A stretch of DNA of 64,000 bases, taken from contig NMRA01000023.1 in the NCBI GenBank assembly GCA_002633005.1, forward strand, positions 705,339 through 769,338, in the 5' to 3' direction. The position numbers and the translations under genes are program-made. The notes under the pieces were generated by a model. The model did not search any database. It was not told where the DNA came from and was given only the letters and a program-made list of their open reading frames with translations. Within the stretch, counting starts at the first letter, position 1, and every line of letters begins with the position of its first letter. Of this stretch, positions 1 through 13,491 are shown piece after piece. The DNA is from Phoronis australis. Taxonomy: Eukaryota > Animalia > Phoronida.

Positions 1-2145
1 CTGCCCTATTGTCTGCAGCAGAATTGTAGCAAGCATTAAGATACTTTAGCCCGGGAGACGCTGAAGTGAGGATTTCACTGTCTTTTGCGTGGCGGTGCAA
101 ATCACTGGACTTGCCGCCTATCCAGTGCCACGTTAAGGTTTCCCAAAGCTAGGTATGTGATTCTCTGACGTTATGATTTTAGCTGTTCTCCGCCCCCCTC
201 CCTTGCTGTTCTCATATCTTCCACCCCACCCTTCGGTCTCCACAATTTCCCAACTACTCCCCGTCGTCGCAAGTTTCAAGAATCCCCCGTGGTTACGAGG
301 TGAGGCCCCGATTTTGTGCCGGAGGCCCTGAGCTCAGCGCAGCTTAACTAGCTTAATACGTGATACGATACTGTGTCTTTCATACACTCTGTCGAAAACT
401 ATATAAAAAGGTAAAAATGTGTCATTTCGCTTCCAAAGCCCTTCACTAAACCACAGAAACTTTAGCCGGTCTCACATTTTTGCCCATTTCACTTCCACCG
501 AAAATGAAGTCAGGCTCAGAAAAATGTGGCAAAACGCTAATTAACACTGTTCTACCCAAAACCACTACTTTCCTGGCAATGCTCTGCACGAGTCTAGACT
601 CTGAAAGAAAACGTACAACAAATTCGCGAATGTGTTCCAAACGTGCTGCCATTCAATGCGGTATTTGGCAGTAACTTTGGGTTGTTTGGCGGCTATCTGA
701 TGTCACAGCAGCTCCCAAGGCTCGCACGTTGCATGCGAGCACCCGGGGCGAGGGGCTCGAGGGGCTCGAACGACCCCCCATTTGGTGAAGTAGGCAAAAA
801 GGTCCGCCTCTGAGAAACAAAAAGTCTACTGGGAAAATGAGACAAAAGTCCACTACAAGCACAAACTTGAAGTTCACAGTGGCGTCCCCGTTTTTTTTAG
901 TCCTCCTGATTTCAAAAGGTCCACATCGACAGAAATTCGAACCCCCCATTTTAAAGACATATTTTCACACCAAAACAACTGCTACTGTACACAAGTCACA
1001 ACTGAAATAATCTCAGTACAGCAAAGTTTATATTTCATCTAATCTTTTACCAAAATAAGTAACTTAGAATGCACAGTACTTTAACATTTAAGCATTACAA
1101 ACGTTATCCAACAAAAAGACAAATTTACATGATATAAAAGTGGATATTCCTAAGTATTAACATGGCGACCAGGTATTTGTTACATTAAAATTCGACAAGC
1201 ATGATTTGAAAAAATAAGAAGTTGCTGTGGAAAAAGGATTGGAGGCTGGACCTTCGCAATCCAACATGGCCTATTACTCTAAATAAGAGCCTTTACAATT
1301 TGGACCTTAATAACTTGAATTAAGAAAGCAAAAAGTTACAACCCATGTATTGAAAGAACGATTCATACGTAAAATTTAGAAAAATATGAATTATGTTGTG
1401 ACACCTAATCAAACCTTGAAGCGCAATTGACTTTCAAAGAAAAAACGATTTCAAAACTTTTGCAACTGCTGAGTGTATGGTCAACCGAATGGGATATTCA
1501 CACTGCAATAATTACAATATTCCTTATATTTTTTGTACAAAAACATAAACATTGTAAAAAGTTGCTTTTTTGTAGCAGCTTTCATCAAAATGTATCAAAG
1601 TTAAAACTTCACCAAGTACAAAATAGCCGATTGAACATGCCCTTCAGTTCAGCAGAAGTCGCCATGTTGTCGGAGCCGCCGGTAAGCGTTTTTATCACTC
1701 AATAAGTAACATCTGCTTGGCTGAAATCCAATGAAAACTATTGAATCGTTCAGAATAGTAGGTGTAGATCTTTCTCACTAAATTTCATCGTGAATTATTG
1801 GTGAAAATAAATTATGCATGGTTTTAAACTCGTAACTTATGCCGCTTGTCCAAGATGACCAACCAGGTCCAAACAAGTGACCCAAATTTCGCCACCAAAA
1901 TTGCAATAAATGTGCACTGCTTAACCAGATTTTGATAATTTTTCAATTTTTTTGAGCGGGATGCATTATCTTTCCGATTATATTGAAGTATTTTTGCAAA
2001 TCGAAAAAAATCGGTTGAACAGCCCAACTCTTACTGTTCATTTAGTCCAGCTAGCGATCGACTAGGCTAAAATTCAATGGATTGCAACAACAGGTTAAGA
2101 GCATAAAGCAATTCAACATATCCACCTACATGTATAAACACTTAC

Positions 2146-2529
2146 CGGTATGTTGCAAAAATTGTACTTGAAAAGAAAAGCAATCTACGTGGTTATTTCT
2201 AATCTTGTCCGACAGTGTCTGTCGATGCTCTCCGCCGTTTTGGATGTTAGGTTGTTAATACTAGCTCAAGACCCATTAGTTTGTGGAAAGCGACGGCATG
2301 TACCGTTTTGAATACTCTCTAAAAGTTCACCCACCCTGGTCTACCACTATAATCAGATCACAGGCTGTCGTTCTAGAAGCAGTCCATAGACATATATTTG
2401 CTGCATACTACCGAATACGGCAAAGTATTCTCACTTGCAACGCAGTCTTGGAACAGTGGAAAACTTGTGCAAAGATACGCCCGCCCCTGGCGTATTGCCA
2501 CAGCCTCCAACTACACAACGGTCAGGCAT
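2146..2529 (-). pseudogene. Degenerate THAP zinc-finger coding fragment (DNA transposon derived)
   Basis: MPDRCVVGGCGNTPGAGVSLHKFS...R then stop/frameshift to YSVVCSKYMSMDCF; gtaagt donor at 2145. Matches the THAP CxxxxC...LHxF...CSxHF pattern with lesions. Confidence 0.65.
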
Positions 2530-4299
2530 TCTTCTTCAAATATTTACTCCAGTTTAAATCTAAAAATCCGACTACATTTGAAAAAAGTACTCCTCTTGGC
2601 ACACAGCAATGGGCACTGTGGTACTCAATCAGGCTGACACTGCAATATCAGGTCACGTCCCTACTAACTGTAAAATGTTTATGGCAGCACACACGACCTT
2701 GTGCATATGTGTCACATTTCGTAAAATTAATAAAATTAATGGACAAAAGCTGCATAATAAACCTATTCTAACAAACACAAAGATTCCATTTGTGCCAGAT
2801 AGTCCCAGTAAAAACCTATGGACAGACTCGGCAGTGATCGGGCACAGCAACGTGGTGAGTAAACAGGAATTCTCCAGTGTGATAATGTTGTCAATTTGTT
2901 CTGTAGAATTACCAAAAATGTTTTTTGCATACCTGATCAGCTTCACTGAAAATTTCTATTGGGACTAATGAGTTTACCGGCGGACACCTCACTATTCTTG
3001 TGCCCCTGGGGAAAAGGAGGCACACTCGTTCAAGACAAAAATATCCCTTTTTGAAATAGATCGTTCAATAAGGAATTCTTAGTTGTGAAAAAATAAACCA
3101 TTCCCATGTCAGCAGTTGTTTCAAAATTACGGCGAGACAGAACCAATGTTGTTAACTTTGACATCTGTTCTTCTCCATTTTCGCCTTGCGTTGAAAATGG
3201 CAAAACCCTCGATTGTTAAAAATTCGCCCCCCGACTTAGCAGACGATGATTGCGTACCTGCGATATAGTAGTAATTGCCTGCTAATACTCAGTCGCATAT
3301 TAAATCCTCACTCTTTTAGGAAACGAACACGGAACCACTAGTAGATATACAGGGTTAACGCAAAATCCGTGGCCCTTTTGTATAGTCCCTAATCTTATAA
3401 AAAATAGCCTTTTTCATTTTTCAAAACAATCACTGGCTAACACATACCATAATCAATGATATTATTCAAACCATGCTTTCGGTAGACATAAAATATATGA
3501 AAGCTACTTAGATCACACGAGTATTAGCGAGGCATCGGTGAACATAAGGTACCAAAGTGACTTTATACGCGTTACAACGTCTGTGGAAAATCTGATTTAC
3601 TATTTGACGGTCGCTTGATTGTGTTTCCAATTCAGAAAATTAGTTACGGTAGCATCACTGTTTCATGCCTCACAAAATGTACACATTGACGGCTTTGCGG
3701 TTACGTTAGTGCAAACACGATTTTCCAAGGACAGTATGTCAACGTCGTTCAATCTGCTCTTGCATAAATAAATAACTTTCGTATAAGTTCTTAATTAGCC
3801 CAACGGATAGCAAAACCGGTACTATCTCCCCGAAATTTGTCTGGCCTTTGGCAAAATTAATTTTTGTTATACATGTATGGCCGGCTCAGCACTGAAAAAG
3901 TGAAGGTGCGATACCCCCCCCCCCCCNCCAACGTCTTAACAGCACTTTCAAATGTACTACTGGCTCCCGGCAGCACGCAGTGGGCGGGGACTTCAGCTTT
4001 CAAAGTTCGCCGGTAGGACCGCAAGTTCTGACCTTCGGCCTGGTTAAAAGAATGAGGTCATATCTCTTGGCGAGCGGAGAGTGAAAATGGTGAGTTCACG
4101 ATTTTGGGAACTGAACGAAGGACTGCTCGAAGAAAAAGTTTTATAACGGGAGTATTTGCTCGAGTTGGAAGGAATTCAACACATCGAAAACCTCGTAAGG
4201 TATCCCTCTATGCGCAAAAGGTATTTATAACAACGTGACTTTGATGTTTTAGTCAGTGCGAGGCATAATTCGCTGAAACGCTTCCGGCGTATAGAGCTC

Positions 4300-5252
4300 C
4301 TATAGGAGCACTATCGTCTCTATTCTGGATAGAGACGATGGTCATTGTCTAGTATGAATCTTACTTTATAAATCAAAATGGAATTGAATTATCTTTTAGA
4401 ATTTTTCGTTTTAAACAAAAGCGAAGATTGTTCAGCAAATGAGAGAGGAAAATGGAGAACTCCGTCTGCCGTTTGCTACTCAGGCGTACTCTATGGGTGT
4501 GGATGCACCAGATATTCGTAAAGTTGTATATGCTGGAGCCCCAAGATGTATGAAAAGTATATCTAACCGTTTTAGTTAAAACCTTACTTTTTGTTTGAAT
4601 ATGGATTGGAAACAATTGCAATGTGTTTTATTCAAGATACACATTGTCCCTTGGAATTGTATTGTCTATTTTCAATTTTTGAATTATGGTTTATTAATGA
4701 TTTCCTTGTTACTAGGTGATCAAAATGGTTAGTAGAGAGAGACAGACACCTTGGTGGACATGGAACTACTCTACACGCAATACAAATACTTGTTTTGATT
4801 GTTAATGAATCGCTAACTGTTGCTTTACCTTGTTTGCAAGAAGACTATCTAACTCAAGTAGCATCTATGCGCAACTTCTTAGTACTGAACCAAACTCAAG
4901 ACACCGCATTATCCTCGCACACCTGGAAAATGGCACAAACATTTGCTATGCATGAATGTGAGTTGAATTCATGTAGTTTCATGCTTAACTGAAAATGTTT
5001 TTATTTTTCCGTTAAAGCTTACATGCTGAAGCCATCCTGTTTTACAATGCACCATACATAGGTGGAAATGTTGTTAGCATGACCAGCGAAGTCAAGTCGT
5101 TCTGTCTGTTGTCAACTTGCCGATGTGACTGTTTGTGTAGTCTTTTCCAATCAGAACGAGATATAAACCCACTTAGTGACCTGCACCATTGCTGTGATGT
5201 TTGTGACACGAGTTGCAGATGCGTTGACTGTAAAGAGGTCTGTTATCATTGA
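4300..5252 (+). pseudogene. Decayed RecQ-like SF2 helicase fragment (AcademH-type transposon helicase?)
   Basis: 4415-4556 encodes ...LRLPFATQAYSMGVDAPDIRKVVYAGAP (motif V region). A GT-AG intron at 4557-5017 joins to YM, then AEAILFYN...FC...CR...HHCCDVCDTSCRCVDC (RecQ Zn-binding). Motif VI is missing. A DDGHC resembling motif II DEAHC lies near 4335. Confidence 0.72.
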
Positions 5253-6713
5253 CGTGTTCGTAACTCTTGAGGACACCAAACCATATTACTACCCTAATTC
5301 TTCACGTTTCTGGCTATCAAAATGACATCACTTTAAAAATCGGAATTTCAGTTCATGGCTTGGTTTAATGAATTAACGAACCATCAATTCTTTCCAAGTA
5401 CTTCTTTCACACATATTTGACAATGAAAAAGCAATTGAAGATCATTTTCACAATAAAAAGTGGCCTAAATGAAAATTCGGTTTTTGACAGAAAGTACGGC
5501 TTTAATGCTGCTTTAAAATTCTGATAAAGAACTTTCAATTACATTCATTACAACTGATTAGCATCAATTTGCGCACTTATACCAGAGTTTTTAGATTTTT
5601 TAAAAGTCAGCAATTCATTGGAATGTGGGCTTCTGTTGTTATCCTTTACCATGAAAGTAGGATTTTATGTTACTTCCTGTTCATCATTTGTGTTTTAGGC
5701 AACTGGTTTCGATTTCTCAAAACTATACAACTTTGTTCCATTTGCATTAGCAAGGTAATGCTTATCTCACGCAATCATGTGGTCGACATTTTCTGGTTTT
5801 TGATGATGGTTTTAAAGCATCAGTTAGTTCCAATTCATGCAGTTTAGATTGTGGAAGTGTCTCACAAATGTGAATGCTTGCTATCTAGCTTACCTTATCT
5901 TACTAAGATACCTTTTTGCGAAACAAGAATATGGAAACTTCTTACATGAACTTTTCGTTGCCAGTGATTAAGTAACACGTACAATCTTTTAAATACTAAT
6001 TATTTTTACCCATGTTTCTATATAATTTTGTAAGTTTTGTTGTATATTTTACACATTGCCTGTTCCCTGTCATTTGCCAGAGTATGGCATGCTCAGTGCT
6101 AAAGGTTCTATGCTTGCACCAGAATGTTTCGAAGTATTTTGTCAAATCCTATCAAGGTGCTAGTAATCTTCTTTAATGTTTGTTAAGTTTGAAACTTACT
6201 GTTAGATGAAATAATGCCGTGTTGCTTAGTTACTACCATACATTTTTCATCCAACAATTGACGCCATTTGAATCTACTGTGCCCTTCAGAAGAAATAAAA
6301 CGATATTTCCTGATAGCTATTGTCAGTTAAGGATTTTCATAACTAACCATAAGAGCAAATTCAGAATTTCATGTCCTTTGCACAAAATGTATTAGAAACA
6401 ATGCTGATGAAAAATGAATTTTCCTATTTTAAAAGTCAGTTGAAATTTCAAAAATATAAATTATCATGCCTAAATCATAATTTTGTATTATTTAGTGTGA
6501 AAATGAAACAATCAAACTACAAATAATGTGATATGTTAGTTAATCGAAATACCCCCACTTTTTTCAGTGCTACGCCGCTCATGGCCTATAGGCGATGCAC
6601 CACAGGGAGCTGAGGGGGCTTTAGCCCCCACTTTTTTCAGTGCTGTGCCGCCCATGCTTTGGTATTAGTGTTTTGCAGACGATAAAATGTAAGGCGTTTG
6701 GATTTCTACTTTG

Positions 6714-7843
6714 CACTACTTTGTGATTCGCCCCTGTAATATAACAAAATTACGCACTGTGTGTTATTAACTAGTCGTATAGTAACACATTCCATGCCAT
6801 GTGAGAAAACGTTACACAATTTAAGATGTGATGGCGAGAAATGGCGTAATGACGAACTCTCAGTTTGCTAGACCAAAATCATTAATCATCTGAATGACGA
6901 CAAATTGCAGGTTTATTGCCCCTTTTTATAGTAAAAAATTAAAAAAAAAAATAATTTCAATACCAAACATTGATTGTTTCTCGACAACGGCTCATTTTTC
7001 ATGAGTGAATATTGGACTGGGTAGTCCCCATTGGATAAAAGGATTGACCGGGGTTTGAAGCTGACTGCTAATGAAAACAAAACACATACCGTAAGAGATA
7101 TTGGAACCACGGCAATGGAAATAAACCTCTCACTGTTTGTACTGTCAGTATTTCCCATAGATTATAGACAACATGTACTATAGTCTATGGTATTTCNGAG
7201 GCATAATTCGCTGAAACGCTTCCGGTGTATAGAGCTCCTATAGGAGCACCATCGTCTCTATTGTGGATAGAGACGATGGTCATTGTCTAGTATGAATCTC
7301 ACTTTATAAATCAAAATGGATTTGAATTATCTTTTAGAATTTTTCGTTTTAAACAAAAGCGAAGATTGTTCAGCACTACTTTGTGATTCGCCCCTGTAAT
7401 ATATAACAAAATTACGCACGGTGTGCTATTAACTAGTCGTAACACATTCCATGCCATGTGAGAAAACGTTACACAATTTAAGATGTGATGGCGTAATGAC
7501 GAACTCTCAGTTTGCTAGACCAAAATCACTAATCATCTGAATGACGACGAATCGCAGGTTTATTGCCCCTTTTTATAGTAAAAAAATTAAAAAAAAATAA
7601 TTTCAATACCAAACATTGATTGTTTCTCGACAACGGCTCATTTTTCATGAGTGAATATTGGACTGGGTAGTCCCCATTGGATAAAAGAATTGACCGGGGT
7701 TTGAAGCTGACTGCTAATGAAAACAAAACACATACCGTAAGAGATATTGGAACCACGGCAATGGAAATAAACCTCTCACTGTTTGTACTGTCAGTATTTC
7801 CCATAGATTATAGACAACATGTACTATAGTCTATGGTATTTCC
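6714..7843. repeat. Near-identical duplication across single-N scaffold join (probable haplotype overlap)
   Basis: 6714-7196 is repeated at ~7373-7843; N at 7197; 7198-7372 copies 4260-4435. Confidence 0.85.
7802..7835. mobile_element. 34-bp miniature inverted-repeat element with 8-bp target-site duplication
   Basis: CATAGATTATAG...CTATAGTCTATG flanked by GTATTTCC at 7794-7801 and 7836-7843; same element at ~7156-7189. Confidence 0.65.
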
Positions 7844-8971
7844 CACTACTTTTATTTATTCTCACTTGTCTGGTATCCTTTCTTGTGTTTTTGTACTTGT
7901 GTGAGCTAAATAAATAAACCAAAGTAGAGTGAACAGTTCTTTGCACTTAGTCATATATGTACGTACAGTCAAATTGCCTGATCTTCCGATTTGCTACTCT
8001 CAAACTTTGTCTTCATTATACCTCAAATTAAAGATCTTGTTCCGTGAGACATCAACAATTATTATTGTGTTAAAATATAATATAAGAAAGCCACCAGTAA
8101 CTACAAGGTAATTATAGAGAAATTCGCGAGGGGCTAAAGACTCGTAAAAAAACCGCACTTGTCACTATCTGGAGCAAAGTAATACTCCATCGCTTCAGAT
8201 AATAGAACTCTAGCCCAGGGCTATACGAAAGTTCTATTTTTAAAGCTACCATTAATGTAAGTTAGAAGTGAAATTCGCTCAGGAATGATTAAATAACAAA
8301 GGTGTGTATTTGACTGGGTTTATCTGTCAACATTTCAACACGTGTTGATACTGTCAAGCTTAGTACTCTCTGTTGGAGTAATTAAATTGGGTAAACCGTA
8401 TGCCAGAGTTTATAAAAACATGAAAAGAAAGGCATTGGGCACCCGCCGTGAGTGGCTCCTTGAGAAAAATGTGATACAGAATAAAAAACATGAAAACCAT
8501 GACCATGGATAGCACAAACGGGCCCCTCGAAGAATTGGGGTTGAAATCAAATGATACACAATTTCAAGAAAACAAGAAAAATGAAAAGCGCTACTACTGA
8601 CTCCATCATCTCTTTTCAGAAAAGAATTAGTGGAGAAATACAGCTTTGAATACCCTAAACACTATGCTTTGAACCTACAATTTTTTAGTTCTAGTTACAA
8701 TGGAAAATCTGTGCATAACTAATTTCCTTGAACAAAGTATGTAAGAAGAAGAGCACGTCTTTGCTCAAAGGAACGCCCAGGCTATTAACCAATCAAGACA
8801 CTCCTGAAAACGATTGAGTTAGTCGGTGCTTTAGAACTAGACTTTAGAAATTCAGTTATCTCTGAACCCATCCGACTACGGAAATGCATGGCAAACAGTT
8901 TTTAAATGTCGCTTTAAAAGTTAAATTCTCGAATTTCTTGATTCCACGTACTTAAACGAAGCCATCTTCCT

Positions 8972-10300
8972 TTTTATCTGTGTAATGTTGAAATACATCT
9001 ACACGTGTTTTCTATACGCAGCTTGAAAGCGTTGACACTCAACAAAACGAACTGTCACGTAGTTAGTCAGAGCCATCTAAAAGCTAAACAAAAGAACTTT
9101 TTTAAGTGGCATGTAAGTGTATTCCTTTTGGCAAACATTCCAACGATTTCAGTGGCACGTGAATCATGCATTAAATCCATATGATGCAACATGTCAACTG
9201 TACGTCATAGAATTTTCTAGCATCCTCCCCAACATCGGCACTTGTAATATCGTCGCTCAAACTGGAAGGTTGAGCAGCCCATGCCGCGACACTTGTTTTT
9301 ACAGTCGGACCACGTGGTGGCAAACCCAACTTTGTATCTTCTGGGAATGTCTGAAAAAGTGACATGTTTTACATTGCGTTTTAGCTGACAAAACAGATTG
9401 AAAGCTAGGTATAGCCGTCTGGTTACTTCCTGTCAATGCTTCGATCGTTCAGGGAATTGAATGACATGACCGGCATTGTTTATTATCAGTGTTGGTCTAC
9501 AGGTGTACATGTACATGAAGGACTTTTGCCACGTTGGTCTTTTTAGATGTGCCAGGTGCGAAGTGCTCCGAAGCTGGTTTACAGTGAAACAACAAGATTG
9601 AAGCTGAGATACGAGGCCAGACAAATGAAAATACTAGATACCTATTACAAACCAAACATAAAGCGACCATCAATCCGCGCTTCGTCAAAATACTTTGGTT
9701 TAGACCCTTTGCCGCTGTAAAGTAAATTTGCATGTTGTTCCTTGCTCTGATAAGAAGCTGTCTCCCAATGTGGAAAACATGTCTGTTCTTTATTGCCCAA
9801 GACCATGCTCAGCGCGTAAAATGACTGACCCAAATACACGTAACTTCGTGCATTTAGTGAAGACAACTTTTGTTACAATTTTGTAAGTGATGGAGAAACG
9901 TCTGCTGATGTCAGTTGCTGTGACCAAAGAAAACTGTCTGACGTTGCTTTCTCGCTAAAAATTTATTCACAAAATTTTTGGAGCAGACTTAAATGATTTG
10001 TCGGGGAAAATTCTTTTTAAAAATGTTTCAGAATATTTGAAATTCATGATTTATCGTGCCCATTGCCTGATCGTGCTTTGTATTTTATAATAGCCTTTAC
10101 CATTGTAGGGTTTTGACTTAAATGATTGTATATGTATTATATAATTGTTGTCGTCCATAAGAAACATTCATCCTCAATTTTGTGATTAGGGGGGTTCAAC
10201 TGGAATGAATAGTTGAGCACGGACATACTTACATCGTTCAACTCGTTCAGACGTGCCCTCCGAAACTACAACAGAAATTGAAAACAGCATTCAAACAACA
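8972..10300. repeat. Diverged direct duplication, copy 1 (partner 14150-15588)
   Basis: Colinear similarity from ttatctgtgtaatgttgaaatacatctacac to cattcaaacaaca, with many substitutions and indels. Confidence 0.88.
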
Positions 10301-10519
10301 GCAGAAACAAAAACACCTACCATTCAGCGCGGCTGGTGTAGCAGTGAGGAGAAATATTAGAAGTCATTCATTTAGTACAAAAATGTTAAACTACTATGAA
10401 AATTGTGAAGCGGAGGAAAATACGAGTCGTTCCATACTAATACATGCAATTAGGCAATGTAACTTACCCAGAACGAGGACACAAAGGACGAGAGCACAGA
10501 CGAGAATGAAACCTCTCAT
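10233..10519 (-). CDS. Candidate small secreted-protein gene, first three coding exons (10519-10468, 10332-10321, 10265-10233)
   Basis: Spliced product MRGFILVCALVLCVLVLAALNVSEGTSERVER has a typical signal peptide. Donors are gtaagt, gtaggt, gtaagt with AG acceptors, all phase 1. Downstream exons are uncertain and appear disrupted. Confidence 0.5.
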
Positions 10520-13491
10520 AATTCTTGATTTAATTTCTAAGATGAAAGAGAAAGTTTATAGTACACATTTTGACAAATAACTGAACTGTCAAGTGTTATC
10601 CTTTGCGCCACGTAGTGGCGTGACGACAAATGCAAAATACAGAACATTGGTCAAGAACAAAAGATGGGAAACAGCGGGTCGTTTCCGTATATTCGAGGAA
10701 AGCCTGGAATTAGGCTCAATATTACAATAGAAATGATCAAATTATGATCAAGTTAACATTTACATTACGTTCCTTTCTATCATAGTACAACCATTTTCAA
10801 CTTCTGACGTCACAGATAGCTGCGATAATGTAACATTTAACAACAATCTGAACAACGCAGGCTACAGCTGTTATTCAGACTCGACTTAGGAATAAACATA
10901 TCTATAGCAAAAACAAGTTTTATCGCGTACAATTGCACGTACCAGTCAAACTTAAAAAATTAGACAACGCCCAAGTCTTCTTCACAGTTTAGTGTAGTGG
11001 TAGATGTGTACGCTCTCTTATTTATATGTCGCCTCTTATTTGCACCGACGTGTAATTGACGGATTGCTATGTTTGCTCTAAACAGCCAAAATTATGAGGA
11101 CAATCGACAGCGCTTGTTGAATGTGGCCAAAGTAATGAAAATATGTGTGTTCTGTCGGAGACAGATTAGATATTACCTTCTGAAATAATCTAATTTGTTT
11201 TATTAACTTACCAGGGTAAATAATACATGTATGAATTATGTTAATAACAGGAAACATGGCTAGTTAACAGACAAACATTGGGCAGTCATGATTCTTATTT
11301 ACAGTATCTAAATCTTAGGGACACATTTTACATAAAAATTACTAAAATAGATCATCATTCTACATTTAAACGTTTCTAGGTGAACCTCTTGATTTCACAA
11401 TATTGAAAAAGTTGTACTTACTTTTGTGTGTAGGAGTCAAAGGATGCTGGTTGGGCCCTTGACCGAGAATGTGCCTAGTTGAGTGAAGTCATTAGATTTG
11501 TAACATATCGGGACAACAGGTCAGTTACATAATGCTGAACACTTTCTCCCATCTTTACCAGTATAGATATCTGCATCTTCACTGCCACAAATTCCAAGAG
11601 CCTCGCTTGACCCGGTGTATATTGGCAGCTCTCTCGGCTACAAAGCTGTTAGGTTAAATGTATGACCCTATAAAAATTCCAAATTTGGCTGACGTCCCAC
11701 GACCGTATTTCAAAAATGTCTGACATCCCACGACCATATTTCAAAAATGGCTGAATGGATTCACATGGAACTTCCGGACACTACGCTTTAGACACTGTTT
11801 TCTAAATAACTATGCAGAATTGGTTATGGATTGTTCCATATTTGATGAAGGGCTATAAAATTGGATTTTTAAGGCTTTCATAAAAAAGAACTCAAAAGCT
11901 GTACAAGACGAAAACGAAATGATAATTTAGAAAATTGTGACAGTATTTTTAAGATTTCACCTTGAACATTTAACAAAATTTGGTTATGTTATTGATAGTG
12001 CTGTCCTGTTTCGATGTATCTTCCATTTTGCTATTTATGTTCACGTGACCCAAGTAATGTCAGATTAGTAAACATTCATAATCCCAATTTTACATGCAAG
12101 CTTCAAAACATTGTAAAGACAGCTCTACATCTGGTTGTTTCAGAGTTCTGGATTCAACAAAATATTGTCGAAACCTCAAGATCAAAGAATCCTTTTACAT
12201 CTGACATGGGTTGTTCTAGAACCCCCTTGACCCCCTCGACCCACGACCCCTAACCCCCACGACCCGAGAAGCACAACCCTTTCGACCCACGACCTACGAT
12301 AATAGAGGTCTCTGTGCTTTTTACAAATTTCATAATCTTCTTACAACGCTGTCGAGTGAATTTCCCATGACTTACCTACACGAATCTGCTCTGGCTCAAC
12401 ACTAGGTAAAAACTGAATTTGCATCAGAAGAGGGTCTGGAATGGCGGATTGTGAGTGCGTATCGTTGTCAAGGACGTGTGTAGCTTTGGTGCAGAGCTGT
12501 GTACTAAATATACAGCTTTGCGCCGACGTGGGTAAAAACACCGACCAAACAAAATCTGACACAAAATTAGTGTCGTTTAAACTACACTTTTCCTTTAGTA
12601 AACTCTATTATTTACAGGTGTTGGGAAAATTGGTGTTCCACCGTTATTCGGCTGCTAAAGTTGTGCTGCGATCTATTGCCTTGACTTTCGGCACCATAAA
12701 ATACTGCGTCTTCACTCCCGATTTTTCAATTAACTGTTCTCTTCCACGAGGTTGCGTACATATGACAACAAATTATTCTTAGCAGGCTCGCTCCAGCCGC
12801 TCACCAGCTCGTCATTTGCGAATTCTGAGCGTCACTGGCGGTGGTAGAGCTAAGTACATTCGCCAACTTGGTGAATGCTTTCGCAACTTGATAATAAACA
12901 CATAATTTCGGGAAACCTACTCGCTCGTCGACTCTAAGTCAGTTCAAATCAAGTCGCTCTGTAAACGATATTGTTTCTTCGATTCAGAGTCCTAAACATA
13001 AAAAGCAAATGTTCCATTTTATTTTTGTCACTCCCCCTAAAATCACTCTTTTAGTGCAGCGAAATGTTTGACTGTATAAACGAATAGAAGACTATTTTTC
13101 GGTTGCAAACGCGACCCAGTCTGTCATTAACTTTTTACACTCGCGACGTGGTGTGAGCCGGTCCGACGGTATTTTGATACCGTTAAAAACTACCGGGGGA
13201 TAAAACTGAACCGAGTTGACCTGCCTCAAAGTTGCAATATGAACTCAAAGTTTAAATTTATTATTTTCATATTATATGAATCTCCTAATTCATTACTAAA
13301 TTTTTTCCAATTTTGAGAGCACAGTTTGTCGGGTCAAACATTGTTTGAGACTTGACACTGACCGGTTTTCTCTTCAAGGAGATAAAGAGATAAAGGTGCG
13401 GATGACGCCGGGAAGAACGAGTTTGTTATCTGTGTCAAAATGCATCACACGTCATACCTAGTCAGCTTGTTATATGTCGCAAGTGTAAAAA

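Noticed and set aside
11422-11637. HRVKR...NLWQ peptide resembling a secreted phospholipase A2 start
   Set aside because: Stop immediately after NLWQ and no YGCxCG or CCxxHD motifs; kept only as a possible non-coding exon.
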